The notes below the pieces were generated by a model that was not told the DNA's origin, made no database searches, and saw nothing but the letters and a program-made list of their open reading frames with translations. The translations under genes and the position numbers were made by a program. This document shows, in pieces, positions 28,396 through 37,761 of a stretch of 64,000 nucleotides of DNA (position 1 is its first letter; each line of letters opens with the position of its first letter). The DNA is from a virus: the IMG/VR virus record IMGVR_UViG_3300028833_000146, positions 9,322 to 73,321 of that record. One strand, given 5' to 3'.

Positions 28396-29188
28396 TGGTG
28401 CTGGTATAAAGATTCTTTACCTCCTCAAATTTGTCAAAAGGTATTTCTTTTTCAAGATCGTAATCTATGGTCGGCAGGTGCTCATAATGCTCAAGATCAT
28501 AGAAATCATCTAAATACTCTTCTTTAGTCCATTCCCAATAGACTTTAAATAAGATAGTTCTCTTTCCAATATCAATTGTGACTCGACCCTCTTCCCAATT
28601 TCGAGTATTTAACATGCCTTCTTGTGTAATACTAAGAACCCCTTCGTTTCTACCTACACAATCGTGTATTGGTAAATACTTTGAAAGCTCCGGATCGGCA
28701 AGAATATAATTCCTTTCTAAAGCATTAATCCCTGCCCCCGTAGAGTCAAGAAGCTTGATAGCCAAATCCAGATCGTCTTTGGCCGGTTCTTGTATCGCAT
28801 TCAATTTGTCGAGAATAGCACCTGTGCGCCGTAAACTTATTCCGGTATATGCATCCCAGTGATAATACGCATTGGCAAGAAGTTTTCCATTAGAAACAAT
28901 TTCAACATTTAATCTCTGACCCATTTCTATTCTCCTTTTATAGTCTATCTTTTCCTTTCTAGCTTCTTCTAAATATCCACGGAGCATATATATACCGTAA
29001 TTTTCATTAACTTTCTGAAATTCTTTCGAAGGCGACGATGTCACCCAATTCAAATATAAATGCGCCTTAACCCAATAGAAAAACTTTTTGTTTTTGGTGT
29101 ACAGATACTTTTTCATGCTCTTAACAACGTCCGGAATATATTTCCACGGTCTGTTATACCAAAGTGTGAAAACTATTTTTCTAAACAT
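28340..29188 (-). CDS. Hypothetical two-module protein; an internal start at 28924 may give a separate C-terminal product
   Basis: N-terminal 88 aa homologous to the C-terminus of 26337..26693 (YGIYMLRGYLEEARKEK), then an internal AAAAGGAGAATAGAA-ATG at 28924. Confidence 0.4.
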   Translation of the reverse strand: MFRKIVFTLWYNRPWKYIPDVVKSMKKYLYTKNKKFFYWVKAHLYLNWVTSSPSKEFQKVNENYGIYMLRGYLEEARKEKIDYKRRIEMGQRLNVEIVSNGKLLANAYYHWDAYTGISLRRTGAILDKLNAIQEPAKDDLDLAIKLLDSTGAGINALERNYILADPELSKYLPIHDCVGRNEGVLSITQEGMLNTRNWEEGRVTIDIGKRTILFKVYWEWTKEEYLDDFYDLEHYEHLPTIDYDLEKEIPFDKFEEVKNLYTSTIDTYGFKRPDGSVIGWIE

Positions 29189-29200
29189 ACTTTCTCCGTT

Positions 29201-29491
29201 TCATTTCTCAATCTCTACAGCAAAGACGTTTGTGTTCAGAGCAGCGAATCGAAGAACCTTAGCTTCTGCATACTCCGGCTTCAAATACATCTTAGGCTGG
29301 AAAGGTGAGCATAAAGTAAACAATATCTCAGAAACATTTTTCTCCTCGCGAGTACAATCGCAGAATCTATTGAAATTCTCCTCACCATTAAGAACATAGA
29401 TTCGAATATAATCGAAATTAGTGCTTGTGTCGTAATCGAAACTACCATACGAATAAAGTACTACGGTATTTGCAAAGTCATTAAGTGTCAT
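29201..29491 (-). CDS. Hypothetical protein
   Basis: 96-aa ORF. Confidence 0.4.
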   Translation of the reverse strand: MTLNDFANTVVLYSYGSFDYDTSTNFDYIRIYVLNGEENFNRFCDCTREEKNVSEILFTLCSPFQPKMYLKPEYAEAKVLRFAALNTNVFAVEIEK

Positions 29492-29653
29492 TTTTCTCCT
29501 CCTCAGAATATAATTTGTCGAAATACTCGTTCCAGATTTTCTCGGTAAATCTTTGCAGTACGCCGAAAGGAAATTTCTCCTCGCTATCAGGTTTAAGTCC
29601 GAATTTCTGTTCCATTTCTTTTACGATGTAGCTCCATGAAATTGAGTAATCCA

Positions 29654-29860
29654 TTATCTATTAGTCTTCTTTATTAACCCTTTAACCCAGTAAATTCTTC
29701 TCATAACCTCTTTAGGTTCTTCGTCTACGTGGTAGTATTTGGTATGATAAGGTGTAACTGCTACTACACTGCCTGACCCCTTATCGCCCTCGACGACAAT
29801 GATAGAGTCGATGGAAATATAAATAGGCCCACCTTCGCACGTTAATTCAATGAACCCCAT
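29654..29860 (-). CDS. Hypothetical protein
   Basis: 68-aa ORF. Confidence 0.4.
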   Translation of the reverse strand: MGFIELTCEGGPIYISIDSIIVVEGDKGSGSVVAVTPYHTKYYHVDEEPKEVMRRIYWVKGLIKKTNR

Positions 29861-30189
29861 TTGTCGCCTTCCTCAAGCGCCTCGCCTACTTCCTTAAGCG
29901 CCGCATCTACTTTGTTCCGAATTGATTTTAAATATGCTATTGATGTCGACACATACCCAGCATCAGTATAGAATTCTTCGATGGTCCTCACCATCAGGAT
30001 CCTGTAACAAGCGTCTCTATCGAATTCACCGGCAAGAGGGCATTCATCACAATGCTTCCCAATACATAGTCTAAGAATCTTTATAAGTTCTGGTTTCGTG
30101 ACTTTGCTAATGTCTTTATCAAGTTTCATTACTTCTCCTCTCTTCATGATCATTCCAGTCCTGTTCGAGTTTTTGTTTGAAAATATCAT
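29842..30189 (-). CDS. Hypothetical protein
   Basis: 115-aa ORF. Confidence 0.4.
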   Translation of the reverse strand: MIFSNKNSNRTGMIMKRGEVMKLDKDISKVTKPELIKILRLCIGKHCDECPLAGEFDRDACYRILMVRTIEEFYTDAGYVSTSIAYLKSIRNKVDAALKEVGEALEEGDKWGSLN

Positions 30190-30448
30190 TCGCTAGGATA
30201 ACATTCTCAGCTTCAATTACACTCCACCAGGAATTATTGTATCCCACAAATCCATATGTGTTTAACCCATGACGCTCAACTGCAGCTTGATATTGATTAT
30301 AAAGTTGCTGGACACGTTCTCGAACATTTTTAAAGCCAATACCTTTAATTTCAGAATCAAACTCAGATTTTAAAATATCAAGATCAACTATCTGGTAATC
30401 GTCCCATGGATAGACAGGATACCATTTAATAAGATAGCGCCTCATCAT
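30119..30448 (-). CDS. Hypothetical protein
   Basis: 109-aa ORF. Confidence 0.4.
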   Translation of the reverse strand: MMRRYLIKWYPVYPWDDYQIVDLDILKSEFDSEIKGIGFKNVRERVQQLYNQYQAAVERHGLNTYGFVGYNNSWWSVIEAENVILANDIFKQKLEQDWNDHEERRSNET

Positions 30449-30711
30449 TTACCTATCCTCTCCCTCAGGAAATTATTAAATCGATCAATAGCATTCGCCA
30501 TAATACCAACTAAATAAGCCAATATCTGAAACGGCCAAAATGCCATTAAAATTAGCGCATCTGCTTCGTAGCAACACTCTTTTGGAGCAAACCACCTGTC
30601 TGGATACTTTACCGAAATAAACATAAAGAGCATGCAGACCGCAAAACCGACTACTAAATAGATGTAAATACCAAGCAAGACTTCTAATATTAGAGCCATT
30701 TCCTCCACCAT
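30445..30711 (-). CDS. Membrane protein
   Basis: three predicted TM helices. Confidence 0.4.
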   Translation of the reverse strand: MVEEMALILEVLLGIYIYLVVGFAVCMLFMFISVKYPDRWFAPKECCYEADALILMAFWPFQILAYLVGIMANAIDRFNNFLRERIGK

Positions 30712-30742
30712 CCTCTCCTTTCAGAAAATATAATTAGAAGCG

Positions 30743-31090
30743 TTATCGAAGCAATATCGCTTCTGCGTTATTAATAGTCCGCTCCATGTTACAGAGTTGT
30801 TCCACCAAACTGAGAATAAGGATCTGGTTCTCTTGTTTCAACTCAGAATATTTACTAATCAGTTCTACAGTTCTCTCGCCATGAGTATGCTGCCACCAAT
30901 CTCTTTCAGGACAAAACTCGCATTCGACAGGTTTCTTGCTCCCCCTATCGTATCCTAAGTCATATCCTTTCTTGTAAACTTCGGCATTACTTCCGCACTC
31001 CATCATGCAATTATCAAGTCTGTTCACAAACTCTCCAAGCTGAGGCCTGAGTGCTCTCCAATCTTCAGTTACTCGTTTTGGATCAGTCAT
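30743..31090 (-). CDS. Hypothetical protein (Cys/His-rich)
   Basis: 115-aa ORF. Confidence 0.4.
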   Translation of the reverse strand: MTDPKRVTEDWRALRPQLGEFVNRLDNCMMECGSNAEVYKKGYDLGYDRGSKKPVECEFCPERDWWQHTHGERTVELISKYSELKQENQILILSLVEQLCNMERTINNAEAILLR

Positions 31091-31488
31091 GAAATATCCC
31101 CTTTCTTTTTGCTCACGATCTCAATCGGGTAGCCCAGCTTGTCTTCGATTTCTTCAACCGACATTTTTCTAGGGTACCGTTCAAGCGTTTTCTCGGCATA
31201 TGCATATTTGGCATCCGATAGTTCTCCATTAGCTTCCCTCATGTAGCAAACATCGTCATCGAGCTTAATTTTGTAACTGATGCAATCACTAACAGCTCTA
31301 ATATTTAATTCTGGTACAAGCCGATTCGGTCTAAGTGGAAGTACTGCTTCTGGAATATCAACAAGCAACTTTTCGTATTCTGTTTCAACTAGATACTGTA
31401 TATGCATTGTTGGGTAATTTTCACCCTCCGGATCAATTTTCACATCACATTTAATAAGTTTAGCCTTAGCATCGGGTTTAATTTTCAT
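31087..31488 (-). CDS. Hypothetical protein
   Basis: 133-aa ORF; ATGA coupling. Confidence 0.4.
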   Translation of the reverse strand: MKIKPDAKAKLIKCDVKIDPEGENYPTMHIQYLVETEYEKLLVDIPEAVLPLRPNRLVPELNIRAVSDCISYKIKLDDDVCYMREANGELSDAKYAYAEKTLERYPRKMSVEEIEDKLGYPIEIVSKKKGDIS

Positions 31489-31507
31489 TTCCCTATTTCT
31501 CTCCCTT

Positions 31508-32479
31508 TCACTTAACTTTTTCGCTGGAAAGCCCTAAATCTAACATATAATTCGTGTTATCCCCAAGAACTGTAGAAGGAAGCTCGCCATTCCATTGTTT
31601 AATCCAGTAATACTTGATGAGGTCCTGTGTAAGAGCTTCGGAAATTCTCTGATTCATTTCGGCTTCTCTCTGACCAGCGAACAAACTTGCTTCAGCCTGG
31701 ATCTGAACAACTTCAAGATCGGCATTAGCAGCGATGATTGCTTTTTCTGCCTCTGCATTGGCTGCAATAACTGAACGTTTAGCCCTTGCTTCTTCTTCCA
31801 TGGTTTGCTGTGCTTGCTGAGTTTCTGCAGTTAGTTTGTTTTGTGCTGCCACCTGTTTGGCTTCGACAGCATTAGTAAACGCATCAGTAAAGTCGATATC
31901 TTCAACAGAAATCGAAATCACAACGATGCCATACTGCTTCATATCTGCTGCTGTTTCCTGAAGAATAGTATCTGATAAGGTCTCGCGCTTTGAAATAAGA
32001 TTTTCAGCTGAATACTGCGAAAAGACAGCTTTAGTGTTCTCTACGATTCTCGGATACATCACATTTTCGTAATATGAAGTGCCGACGGTTTTATACAGAA
32101 TCTGGGCTGTTTCCTGATCAATGCAATAGTTAATACTTAGGATTAGATCTACTTGCTGAATATCACTGGAAAAAGCAGAAGTCTGTATCTGAACCTTCTG
32201 GGTTCGATTGTCCATGATAATAACATTCTGCCAAGGAGCAATGAAATTAACACCTGCCTGAAGTGTTCTGTCCTCTACCTTACCAAATGTTGTTAGAATG
32301 CCAGTGTTTCCAGTTGGTACAATAGAAAAACAAGATGCAGTGAGCACCCCAACTGCCAGCGCGCATCCAATATATGTAGGATAGATTACCTTTTTGCCTT
32401 CTTCATTCAAAGTTGTAATTAATGTAGATATACCGATTCCAAGAACGATAAATACTATAGACAGCAAAATAGAAACCAT
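31508..32479 (-). CDS. SPFH / band-7 (HflC/stomatin/prohibitin-like) membrane protein
   Basis: N-terminal TM, GILTTFGKVEDRTLQAGVNFIAPWQNVIIMDNRTQKVQI SPFH core, A/E/Q-rich coiled-coil tail. Confidence 0.8.
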   Translation of the reverse strand: MVSILLSIVFIVLGIGISTLITTLNEEGKKVIYPTYIGCALAVGVLTASCFSIVPTGNTGILTTFGKVEDRTLQAGVNFIAPWQNVIIMDNRTQKVQIQTSAFSSDIQQVDLILSINYCIDQETAQILYKTVGTSYYENVMYPRIVENTKAVFSQYSAENLISKRETLSDTILQETAADMKQYGIVVISISVEDIDFTDAFTNAVEAKQVAAQNKLTAETQQAQQTMEEEARAKRSVIAANAEAEKAIIAANADLEVVQIQAEASLFAGQREAEMNQRISEALTQDLIKYYWIKQWNGELPSTVLGDNTNYMLDLGLSSEKVK

Positions 32480-32535
32480 TTTTCTTTCTCCTTATTTTTT
32501 AGTAATTAATCAAATTTGTTCAGTTCTTATTTCAA

Positions 32536-32730
32536 TCAGATTCCTAATATGTTCATGCACCATTGAGCCGCAAATGCGGAGATTATTCCAACTATCAGAA
32601 CAATACCTCCTATGAGATAACACATCTTGAAATCTCGTTCTCCACTTAAGAGCCCAAATATAGCTGTTGTAAATATATGACCAATTTCGAACAGCACCAG
32701 TCCAGCAACGATCTTAATTATCATTTTCAT
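32536..32730 (-). CDS. Small membrane protein, paralogue 1 (possible NfeD-like partner of SPFH)
   Basis: KIVAGLVLFEIGH...; paralogue of 32737..32964. Confidence 0.45.
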   Translation of the reverse strand: MKMIIKIVAGLVLFEIGHIFTTAIFGLLSGERDFKMCYLIGGIVLIVGIISAFAAQWCMNILGI

Positions 32731-32736
32731 TTCCTT

Positions 32737-32964
32737 TCAGACCGCCAAAATAGTTATACATCCATAAATAATTAACACGCCTAGCAAGAATGTTACTATG
32801 AGATCAAACGCTATTAAGTAAGATTGTTTGAAATTCTCTCTATCACTTGGACCTGTTAGCAATATTGTGCCTAATAGATGAACGATTTCGAACAGCACCA
32901 GACCAGCAACGATCTTAAGTATCACCATTAATCTGCATTGTTTTTTCAAGCATATCATTAGCAA
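32737..32964 (-). CDS. Small membrane protein, paralogue 2
   Basis: KIVAGLVLFEIVH... Confidence 0.45.
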   Translation of the reverse strand: MLMICLKKQCRLMVILKIVAGLVLFEIVHLLGTILLTGPSDRENFKQSYLIAFDLIVTFLLGVLIIYGCITILAV

Positions 32965-33136
32965 GCTTGAGCATTTCGTGAGTCGATGAAGTTTGTTCCT
33001 TCAGCCAATTGATGTAATCATCACGCTGTTCTTTTGTTACATATGGCTCGGCCATCCTAAAGCTTTCAATATAAAGCATAGTCCATCTTGTCTGAATAAG
33101 TAATTCCATCAGTAAAGCCTTATCGCCTGCATTCAT
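32915..33136 (-). CDS. Hypothetical protein
   Basis: 73-aa ORF. Confidence 0.4.
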   Translation of the reverse strand: MNAGDKALLMELLIQTRWTMLYIESFRMAEPYVTKEQRDDYINWLKEQTSSTHEMLKLANDMLEKTMQINGDT

Positions 33137-33345
33137 TTCTTAATCTCCCAAAATGTCACATCGCCATTGTCATCTTCCATTCGTTCAAACCGCTCAGGAT
33201 GATTCTCTGGATCTTTGCAAGGGCCATTCTTAGCATGATCTTCGAAAACTGTATGGTGACAAAAATATTCATCACCGAAGATCTCGCATTGCCGAAACCG
33301 AAGCTCGCAAGCTTTCCTGTCGCACAAATATAATGTTCCGTTCAT
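33133..33345 (-). CDS. Cys/His-rich small protein
   Basis: CDRKACELRFRQCE...CHH. Confidence 0.4.
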   Translation of the reverse strand: MNGTLYLCDRKACELRFRQCEIFGDEYFCHHTVFEDHAKNGPCKDPENHPERFERMEDDNGDVTFWEIKK

Positions 33346-33347
33346 TC

Positions 33348-33839
33348 TTAGTCTTCAGCCCCTTCTTCGATCTCGCCCGTAACTTCAGCTGTTCCAACAC
33401 AGTCACACCCTTCGGCCCATTCTCTCATGAAATTCGCGCATGCTTTAGCGAATTCTGGTAAATGTTCTTTAATCTTATGAGAATAGTCCGGAGCGATTCT
33501 CACATTTATACTCCAGCCGTCTTTCTTTTCTTCCGGAATCCACTTCTTAGAATCTTTCTTAAAGTCCTTGTAGCTCTCACCAAATATCTTTTTAAGCATG
33601 CACATAGCAATGCCCAGTTCATAGTTAAAGTCATCGTCCTTTGCGCACTTGGTAACCGTCTTGCTTCCATCGTTCCAAAATACGATCGTAGCCGGTCCAG
33701 AAAATATAACTTTACGAATCTTAATGTATTTACCGGCCTCAAACGTTTCCGAGGCTTTTATCTTTTTTATTACTTCTCTTTTTCCATCTGGCAGAAGCGC
33801 ATAAACTGTAGCGGCGTCAAGATCAAAATCAAACCCCAT
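33348..33839 (-). CDS. Hypothetical protein
   Basis: 163-aa ORF. Confidence 0.45.
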   Translation of the reverse strand: MGFDFDLDAATVYALLPDGKREVIKKIKASETFEAGKYIKIRKVIFSGPATIVFWNDGSKTVTKCAKDDDFNYELGIAMCMLKKIFGESYKDFKKDSKKWIPEEKKDGWSINVRIAPDYSHKIKEHLPEFAKACANFMREWAEGCDCVGTAEVTGEIEEGAED

Positions 33840-34022
33840 CCTCTTTCTCCTTTATCTAAAAATATTAAACGTCACAAGCATTGTAACTATCACCGAAAAT
33901 ATAATATTAATACCTGCTTTGAACCATCGTACATTACTTTCACTAGATGCGTATAATGTAATAAAACTTAGAATAAAAACAAAAATCGCAAACAAATACG
34001 TTTTTATCATCAGTTTTTCTCC

Positions 34023-34232
34023 TTAGTTAGCAACAGTTAGCAATACTTTTCTTACTATCTCGGTCAGGCTATCATTAAAATAATATGAATGATCATCCGC
34101 TGTACGAATACAAACCACGTTTTCTTCTTCGTAAATGGCTGTAATTTGGAGAACATTAATTAAGACTCGTCTTCCATCTGCCATTGTCAGATCAATAAAT
34201 TTAGGCCTTATCGTCGGATTTTGTATTGGCAT
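34023..34232 (-). CDS. Hypothetical protein
   Basis: 69-aa ORF. Confidence 0.35.
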   Translation of the reverse strand: MPIQNPTIRPKFIDLTMADGRRVLINVLQITAIYEEENVVCIRTADDHSYYFNDSLTEIVRKVLLTVAN

Positions 34233-34383
34233 CGTTCTCCTCCGGTTTTTTCCTCTGATATTGCGTCTTTAACCATTCGATTTCTTCTTTTTCTTTCTGT
34301 TGTTCTTTTTTACGTTTCTCCACCATTTCGAGATAGTTTTTATTCGCTATCCCGATAAGCGCTTTCTTTGCTGCGTCGGTCAT
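34201..34383 (-). CDS. Hypothetical K/E-rich protein
   Basis: 60-aa ORF. Confidence 0.35.
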   Translation of the reverse strand: MTDAAKKALIGIANKNYLEMVEKRKKEQQKEKEEIEWLKTQYQRKKPEENDANTKSDDKA

Positions 34384-34432
34384 ATAACTTTCTTTTATTT
34401 CCTTTCTAACATCGTCTATTCTGTAGAAAATA

Positions 34433-34810
34433 TCATTCTACATCAATCCTTTTGCCGCAATTAGGGCAAAATCTATCTCCAGGTTCACCAGCTTCATTAC
34501 AATATGGACAACACCACATACCCTTTACAAATATCCAGTTTCTTGCTCGCTCTTTAACATTAGTCAGGCCGAGCAAGTAATCGCAAGATACTCCGAGGTA
34601 GCTAGCCAGTACTTGCAGTGTTCTCGCCGAGGGCATTTTGTTGTTGTAAATATAATTATTTAGAGTCTCCCTACTTACAACCCCGTCATCTGCCAAAGCC
34701 TGCTTGGTTTGTCCGGAATCGCTTATAGCCTCGTTTAGTCTTTTTATAAAAATATCAGAATCTGAAACCATACGTGCTTTCGCTGCTTCACGAAACTCAT
34801 GCTTGGTCAT
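34433..34810 (-). CDS. XRE-family HTH transcriptional regulator with C-terminal zinc ribbon
   Basis: QTKQALADDGVVSRETLNNYIYNNKMPSARTLQVLASYLGVSCDYLLG (HTH_3-like); C-terminal CCPYCN...CPNCGK. Confidence 0.75.
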   Translation of the reverse strand: MTKHEFREAAKARMVSDSDIFIKRLNEAISDSGQTKQALADDGVVSRETLNNYIYNNKMPSARTLQVLASYLGVSCDYLLGLTNVKERARNWIFVKGMWCCPYCNEAGEPGDRFCPNCGKRIDVE

Positions 34811-34819
34811 ATAGATACC

Positions 34820-35257
34820 TCAGCGCATAAACATTTTATCACTACGGGTCATGCCGAGAGAAGGCGGTAATGTAAAGCGTAGCCACTTAAGCTTAGCAAA
34901 ATATAATACTTCCCATTTGTCGTCTCCGATTTCATAGCCCTCCCAGTTTTCGCCGTTCCAATAATCCTGAGAAATATAAATGTGGTCTTTCTCGATTCCA
35001 TCCTCACTGTCGAAATGAGCCTTAAGAATCAGAATATAATCAGCGGAGTTATTAGGCTTCATGTCGTTCGGACTTCCGGTATGCCAGAAATTCTCATATG
35101 TCGCTTTAACACGTTCTTGCTCTTCGTAAAGAACACTCTCTGCAATACTGAGGCCTTTGATTATTCCTGTTTCACGCTCGTCGTTTTCATCCGCTCTAAG
35201 TTCTCTATCCAAACGAAGTTCCTGCAATCTCTGAAGAGCTCTTGTGTATTTACCCAT
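34820..35257 (-). CDS. Hypothetical protein
   Basis: 145-aa ORF. Confidence 0.45.
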   Translation of the reverse strand: MGKYTRALQRLQELRLDRELRADENDERETGIIKGLSIAESVLYEEQERVKATYENFWHTGSPNDMKPNNSADYILILKAHFDSEDGIEKDHIYISQDYWNGENWEGYEIGDDKWEVLYFAKLKWLRFTLPPSLGMTRSDKMFMR

Positions 35258-35280
35258 TAATATTTCTCCTTTTTAAAAAT

Positions 35281-35319
35281 ATAAAATTAAGAAAAGAGGG
35301 TCATATTTCAGACCCTCTT
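35281..35319 (-). terminator. Intrinsic terminator after the SSB-like gene
   Basis: AAGAGGGTC...GACCCTCTT stem followed by a T-run on the minus strand. Confidence 0.5.
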
Positions 35320-35329
35320 GAATATCAAA

Positions 35330-35881
35330 TTAGAATGGTAATCCTTCGTCATCTGAATTAACAGCAGAATATCCATTTCCGACTCCTCCGCCAATTTCAG
35401 GAAGACTCTGGAAATCTTCGTCTGAGGTAAAATCATCTTCTTTAATCCAAACAATCAGCCCTCTAAGGTAAGCAGTGATTCCTCTGTTAGAACCTTTTTC
35501 ATACGGGCTGAGTGTAATCTGAACTTTTGCTCGCTCGATATACTCCCGATCGAGATTGCCGACGGTTTCCATTGTAAGACGCATCTTACCACGCGGTGTC
35601 ACTCTCCACATTTCTTCCGGAGGATAGGCACCAAACAGCACTTTCAGGGTGTACAGCGGCTCTCCATCACCATTCTCAGGAACATGTGTTCTGACATTTG
35701 CACCTTTAATTACTACTCCACTTTTAGTTACAAGCTCGACATTTGAAAGCAGATCCACCTGCTCGCTGTTTAGCACCACATTAAAATATCTTTTGCCTTC
35801 TTCTGTATAATCTGTGGCTCTTCCAGAAAAGTTTTTCCATCTAAGTTCGACATCTCTAAGAGTTACATTCATTCTAGACAT
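35330..35881 (-). CDS. Putative ssDNA-binding protein with SSB-type acidic C-terminal tip
   Basis: C-terminus ...NSDDEGLPF resembles the DDD(I/L)PF tail of bacterial SSB; no motif recognised in the rest of the protein. Confidence 0.4.
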   Translation of the reverse strand: MSRMNVTLRDVELRWKNFSGRATDYTEEGKRYFNVVLNSEQVDLLSNVELVTKSGVVIKGANVRTHVPENGDGEPLYTLKVLFGAYPPEEMWRVTPRGKMRLTMETVGNLDREYIERAKVQITLSPYEKGSNRGITAYLRGLIVWIKEDDFTSDEDFQSLPEIGGGVGNGYSAVNSDDEGLPF

Positions 35882-35908
35882 TGTTAATTATTGCTCCTTA
35901 AAATATAA

Positions 35909-36106
35909 TTAGTTATTTTCAGTAATTGTTTCCGGCTGTGCTTCAGCTTTTGCTTCCGGAATAAATTCAAACGCGTAGTCTTTCGTGATTAGGCCTTTAA
36001 GTCCAAGGCCTCCAGCGTAAGTAACTGCTATACCTGTGACGGCTGTGCTGATGCCAGTTATAAGCGTTACGACTGTAAAAAGAATATTCTGTGTTTTCTT
36101 ACTCAC
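35909..36106 (-). CDS. Small membrane protein
   Basis: 65-aa ORF with a TM helix. Confidence 0.4.
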   Translation of the reverse strand: MSKKTQNILFTVVTLITGISTAVTGIAVTYAGGLGLKGLITKDYAFEFIPEAKAEAQPETITENN

Positions 36107-36277
36107 TTCTTATTCCCTCCTTTCTTAATAATATTCCCCAGCCCTTTACGTTCCTGGTAAAGAGTCGGGAGCATCACAATTCCCTCCCTTAAATATCTTT
36201 CCTGACGATTGTGGTTACGCTTTTCGAATCCACTGTTTTTGTATCTGTTTGCCATTTTAGTTTTCTCCTTTCAAATA

Positions 36278-36310
36278 AAAGGAGGGCCGTTGTAGACCCT
36301 CAGTTTTTCT
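36278..36310. terminator. Bidirectional hairpin terminator
   Basis: A4-GAGGGCCGTTGTAGACCCTC-T5. Confidence 0.4.
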
Positions 36311-36312
36311 AT

Positions 36313-36507
36313 TTAGTTGCTTAATGCTTTTAAAAATCCGACCGTAAAACCTTTCAAATAGCCCCTAAAGTAGCTAATATGTCCAAGAACATAGCATTCA
36401 ATCTTAAATATAAAAATTCTTAAATCGCTATATCCGTCCAGCTTTAGCCTCGTACTATAGTGGGCAATCTTATTTCTAAGCTCTACTTCGTAATCTTTAA
36501 GTTTCAT
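36313..36507 (-). CDS. Hypothetical protein
   Basis: ATG 36507; promoter motif upstream. Confidence 0.4.
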   Translation of the reverse strand: MKLKDYEVELRNKIAHYSTRLKLDGYSDLRIFIFKIECYVLGHISYFRGYLKGFTVGFLKALSN

Positions 36508-36530
36508 TTTCGCTCCTCCTAAAAATAGTA

Positions 36531-36558
36531 TTTCATTTAAGGAGCTGTAAAATTTGCG
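36531..36558 (-). promoter_or_regulatory. Conserved phage promoter-like motif
   Basis: plus strand TTTCATTTAAGGAGCTGTAAAATTTGCG. Confidence 0.5.
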
Positions 36559-36911
36559 ACTAGGATGTTCAATTCATCACACATGGCTTTGAATCGTTCT
36601 TTCTTCTCGCTAAGGGACACAAGCCTCGCTTCTTCAGGACCGTACTGATCTCCTGATTCATAATAGCTGAAATACCAATCCGGACCTTTGAACTCGAAAT
36701 CATCGTACTTAGGTTCATGCCTGTAAGAACCGCAACCATAAGAGTGAGCTAACTCGAAATATCTTTTTACCAAAAGTGCCTCTTCTTTAGTTCGCGCATA
36801 AATAGCCTCAATATTATGGTAAGAGTCTACTTTACATGGCATTTTGTCGATAACGTACCTGCGAATATCTTCATAGTTATTGATATGAATGTATCTTAGA
36901 ATATCATCCAT
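36537..36911 (-). CDS. Hypothetical protein
   Basis: ATG 36911 overlapping the upstream stop; the track 37055 start runs through the upstream gene. Confidence 0.4.
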   Translation of the reverse strand: MDDILRYIHINNYEDIRRYVIDKMPCKVDSYHNIEAIYARTKEEALLVKRYFELAHSYGCGSYRHEPKYDDFEFKGPDWYFSYYESGDQYGPEEARLVSLSEKKERFKAMCDELNILVANFTAP

Positions 36912-37338
36912 CCGGTTTCTTCTTTTTATACCTCTCCTCAAATGGAGGATAAATATCAGGGCTGATGTACTCGTACAGTTCTTGATCCAGCTTAGATCCA
37001 GACCACCAGAGATCAGTGTCATGATTCTCCTCAACATCCAGATCAAATAGATCACCGTAATCAGCTGAAGCTTCTCCTATATACTGCATCAAATCAAGAA
37101 AGAAGTCATTGGAAATATCAATCTTCTTCTCCGCTGCCATTCGACCAAGAGCAATGATCGCCATGTCAATGCCATAGGTTGTTCCGGAACCAATCCCTTG
37201 CTGACAAGCTTCATGCCGAATCGGTTTCATGTAGGTCTTGAGATACTGATTGACTATTTCTGCAAAATACTCATCGTGCTCTTTCTTAGATCTGAAGACT
37301 GCATAATATGGGACTTTAATCTTACTCACTTTCATCAT
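36904..37338 (-). CDS. Hypothetical protein
   Basis: 144-aa ORF. Confidence 0.45.
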   Translation of the reverse strand: MMKVSKIKVPYYAVFRSKKEHDEYFAEIVNQYLKTYMKPIRHEACQQGIGSGTTYGIDMAIIALGRMAAEKKIDISNDFFLDLMQYIGEASADYGDLFDLDVEENHDTDLWWSGSKLDQELYEYISPDIYPPFEERYKKKKPDG

Positions 37339-37529
37339 TGATTGCCTTTGTTAAATATCACAAGAGCTTCACGAATTAAACGACTAGTATGATCATACAC
37401 ATAGCTAGCAGATTGAACTGTCTGATCCTGATGAGTTCTTAAATATCTGTTAATTTGCTCTTCGATCGTATTCGATGCTGCTCTATTAACTATGTCTTCT
37501 TGAAACACCTTAGCTATTTGACGCATCAA
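37335..37529 (-). CDS. Hypothetical protein
   Basis: 64-aa ORF. Confidence 0.35.
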   Translation of the reverse strand: MMRQIAKVFQEDIVNRAASNTIEEQINRYLRTHQDQTVQSASYVYDHTSRLIREALVIFNKGNQ

Positions 37530-37761
37530 AAGCCTCCCTTATCACGTTAATAGGCCCATTAAGTGTTGTGAAACTAGTAGGAACATTACCATAATAAGCG
37601 CACCGAACTTCAACGATAACGTCTTGTGAGTTAGATCCTCCAGACCAAGTTTTAAAGTCTTTAACAGCGCCTTGGAAAATATCTTTCTTGCTACAGACCT
37701 GCGTATGAATGCATGAATCACACGATTTAGGAATATTAATCATTCTTATCTGTCCTTTCAC
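37510..37761 (-). CDS. Cys-containing small protein
   Basis: 83-aa ORF. Confidence 0.35.
   Translation of the reverse strand: MKGQIRMINIPKSCDSCIHTQVCSKKDIFQGAVKDFKTWSGGSNSQDVIVEVRCAYYGNVPTSFTTLNGPINVIREAFDASNS

Noticed and set aside
33462-33956. 164-aa plus-strand ORF
   Set aside because: It overlaps the minus-strand gene 33348..33839 and the intergenic region; no RBS.
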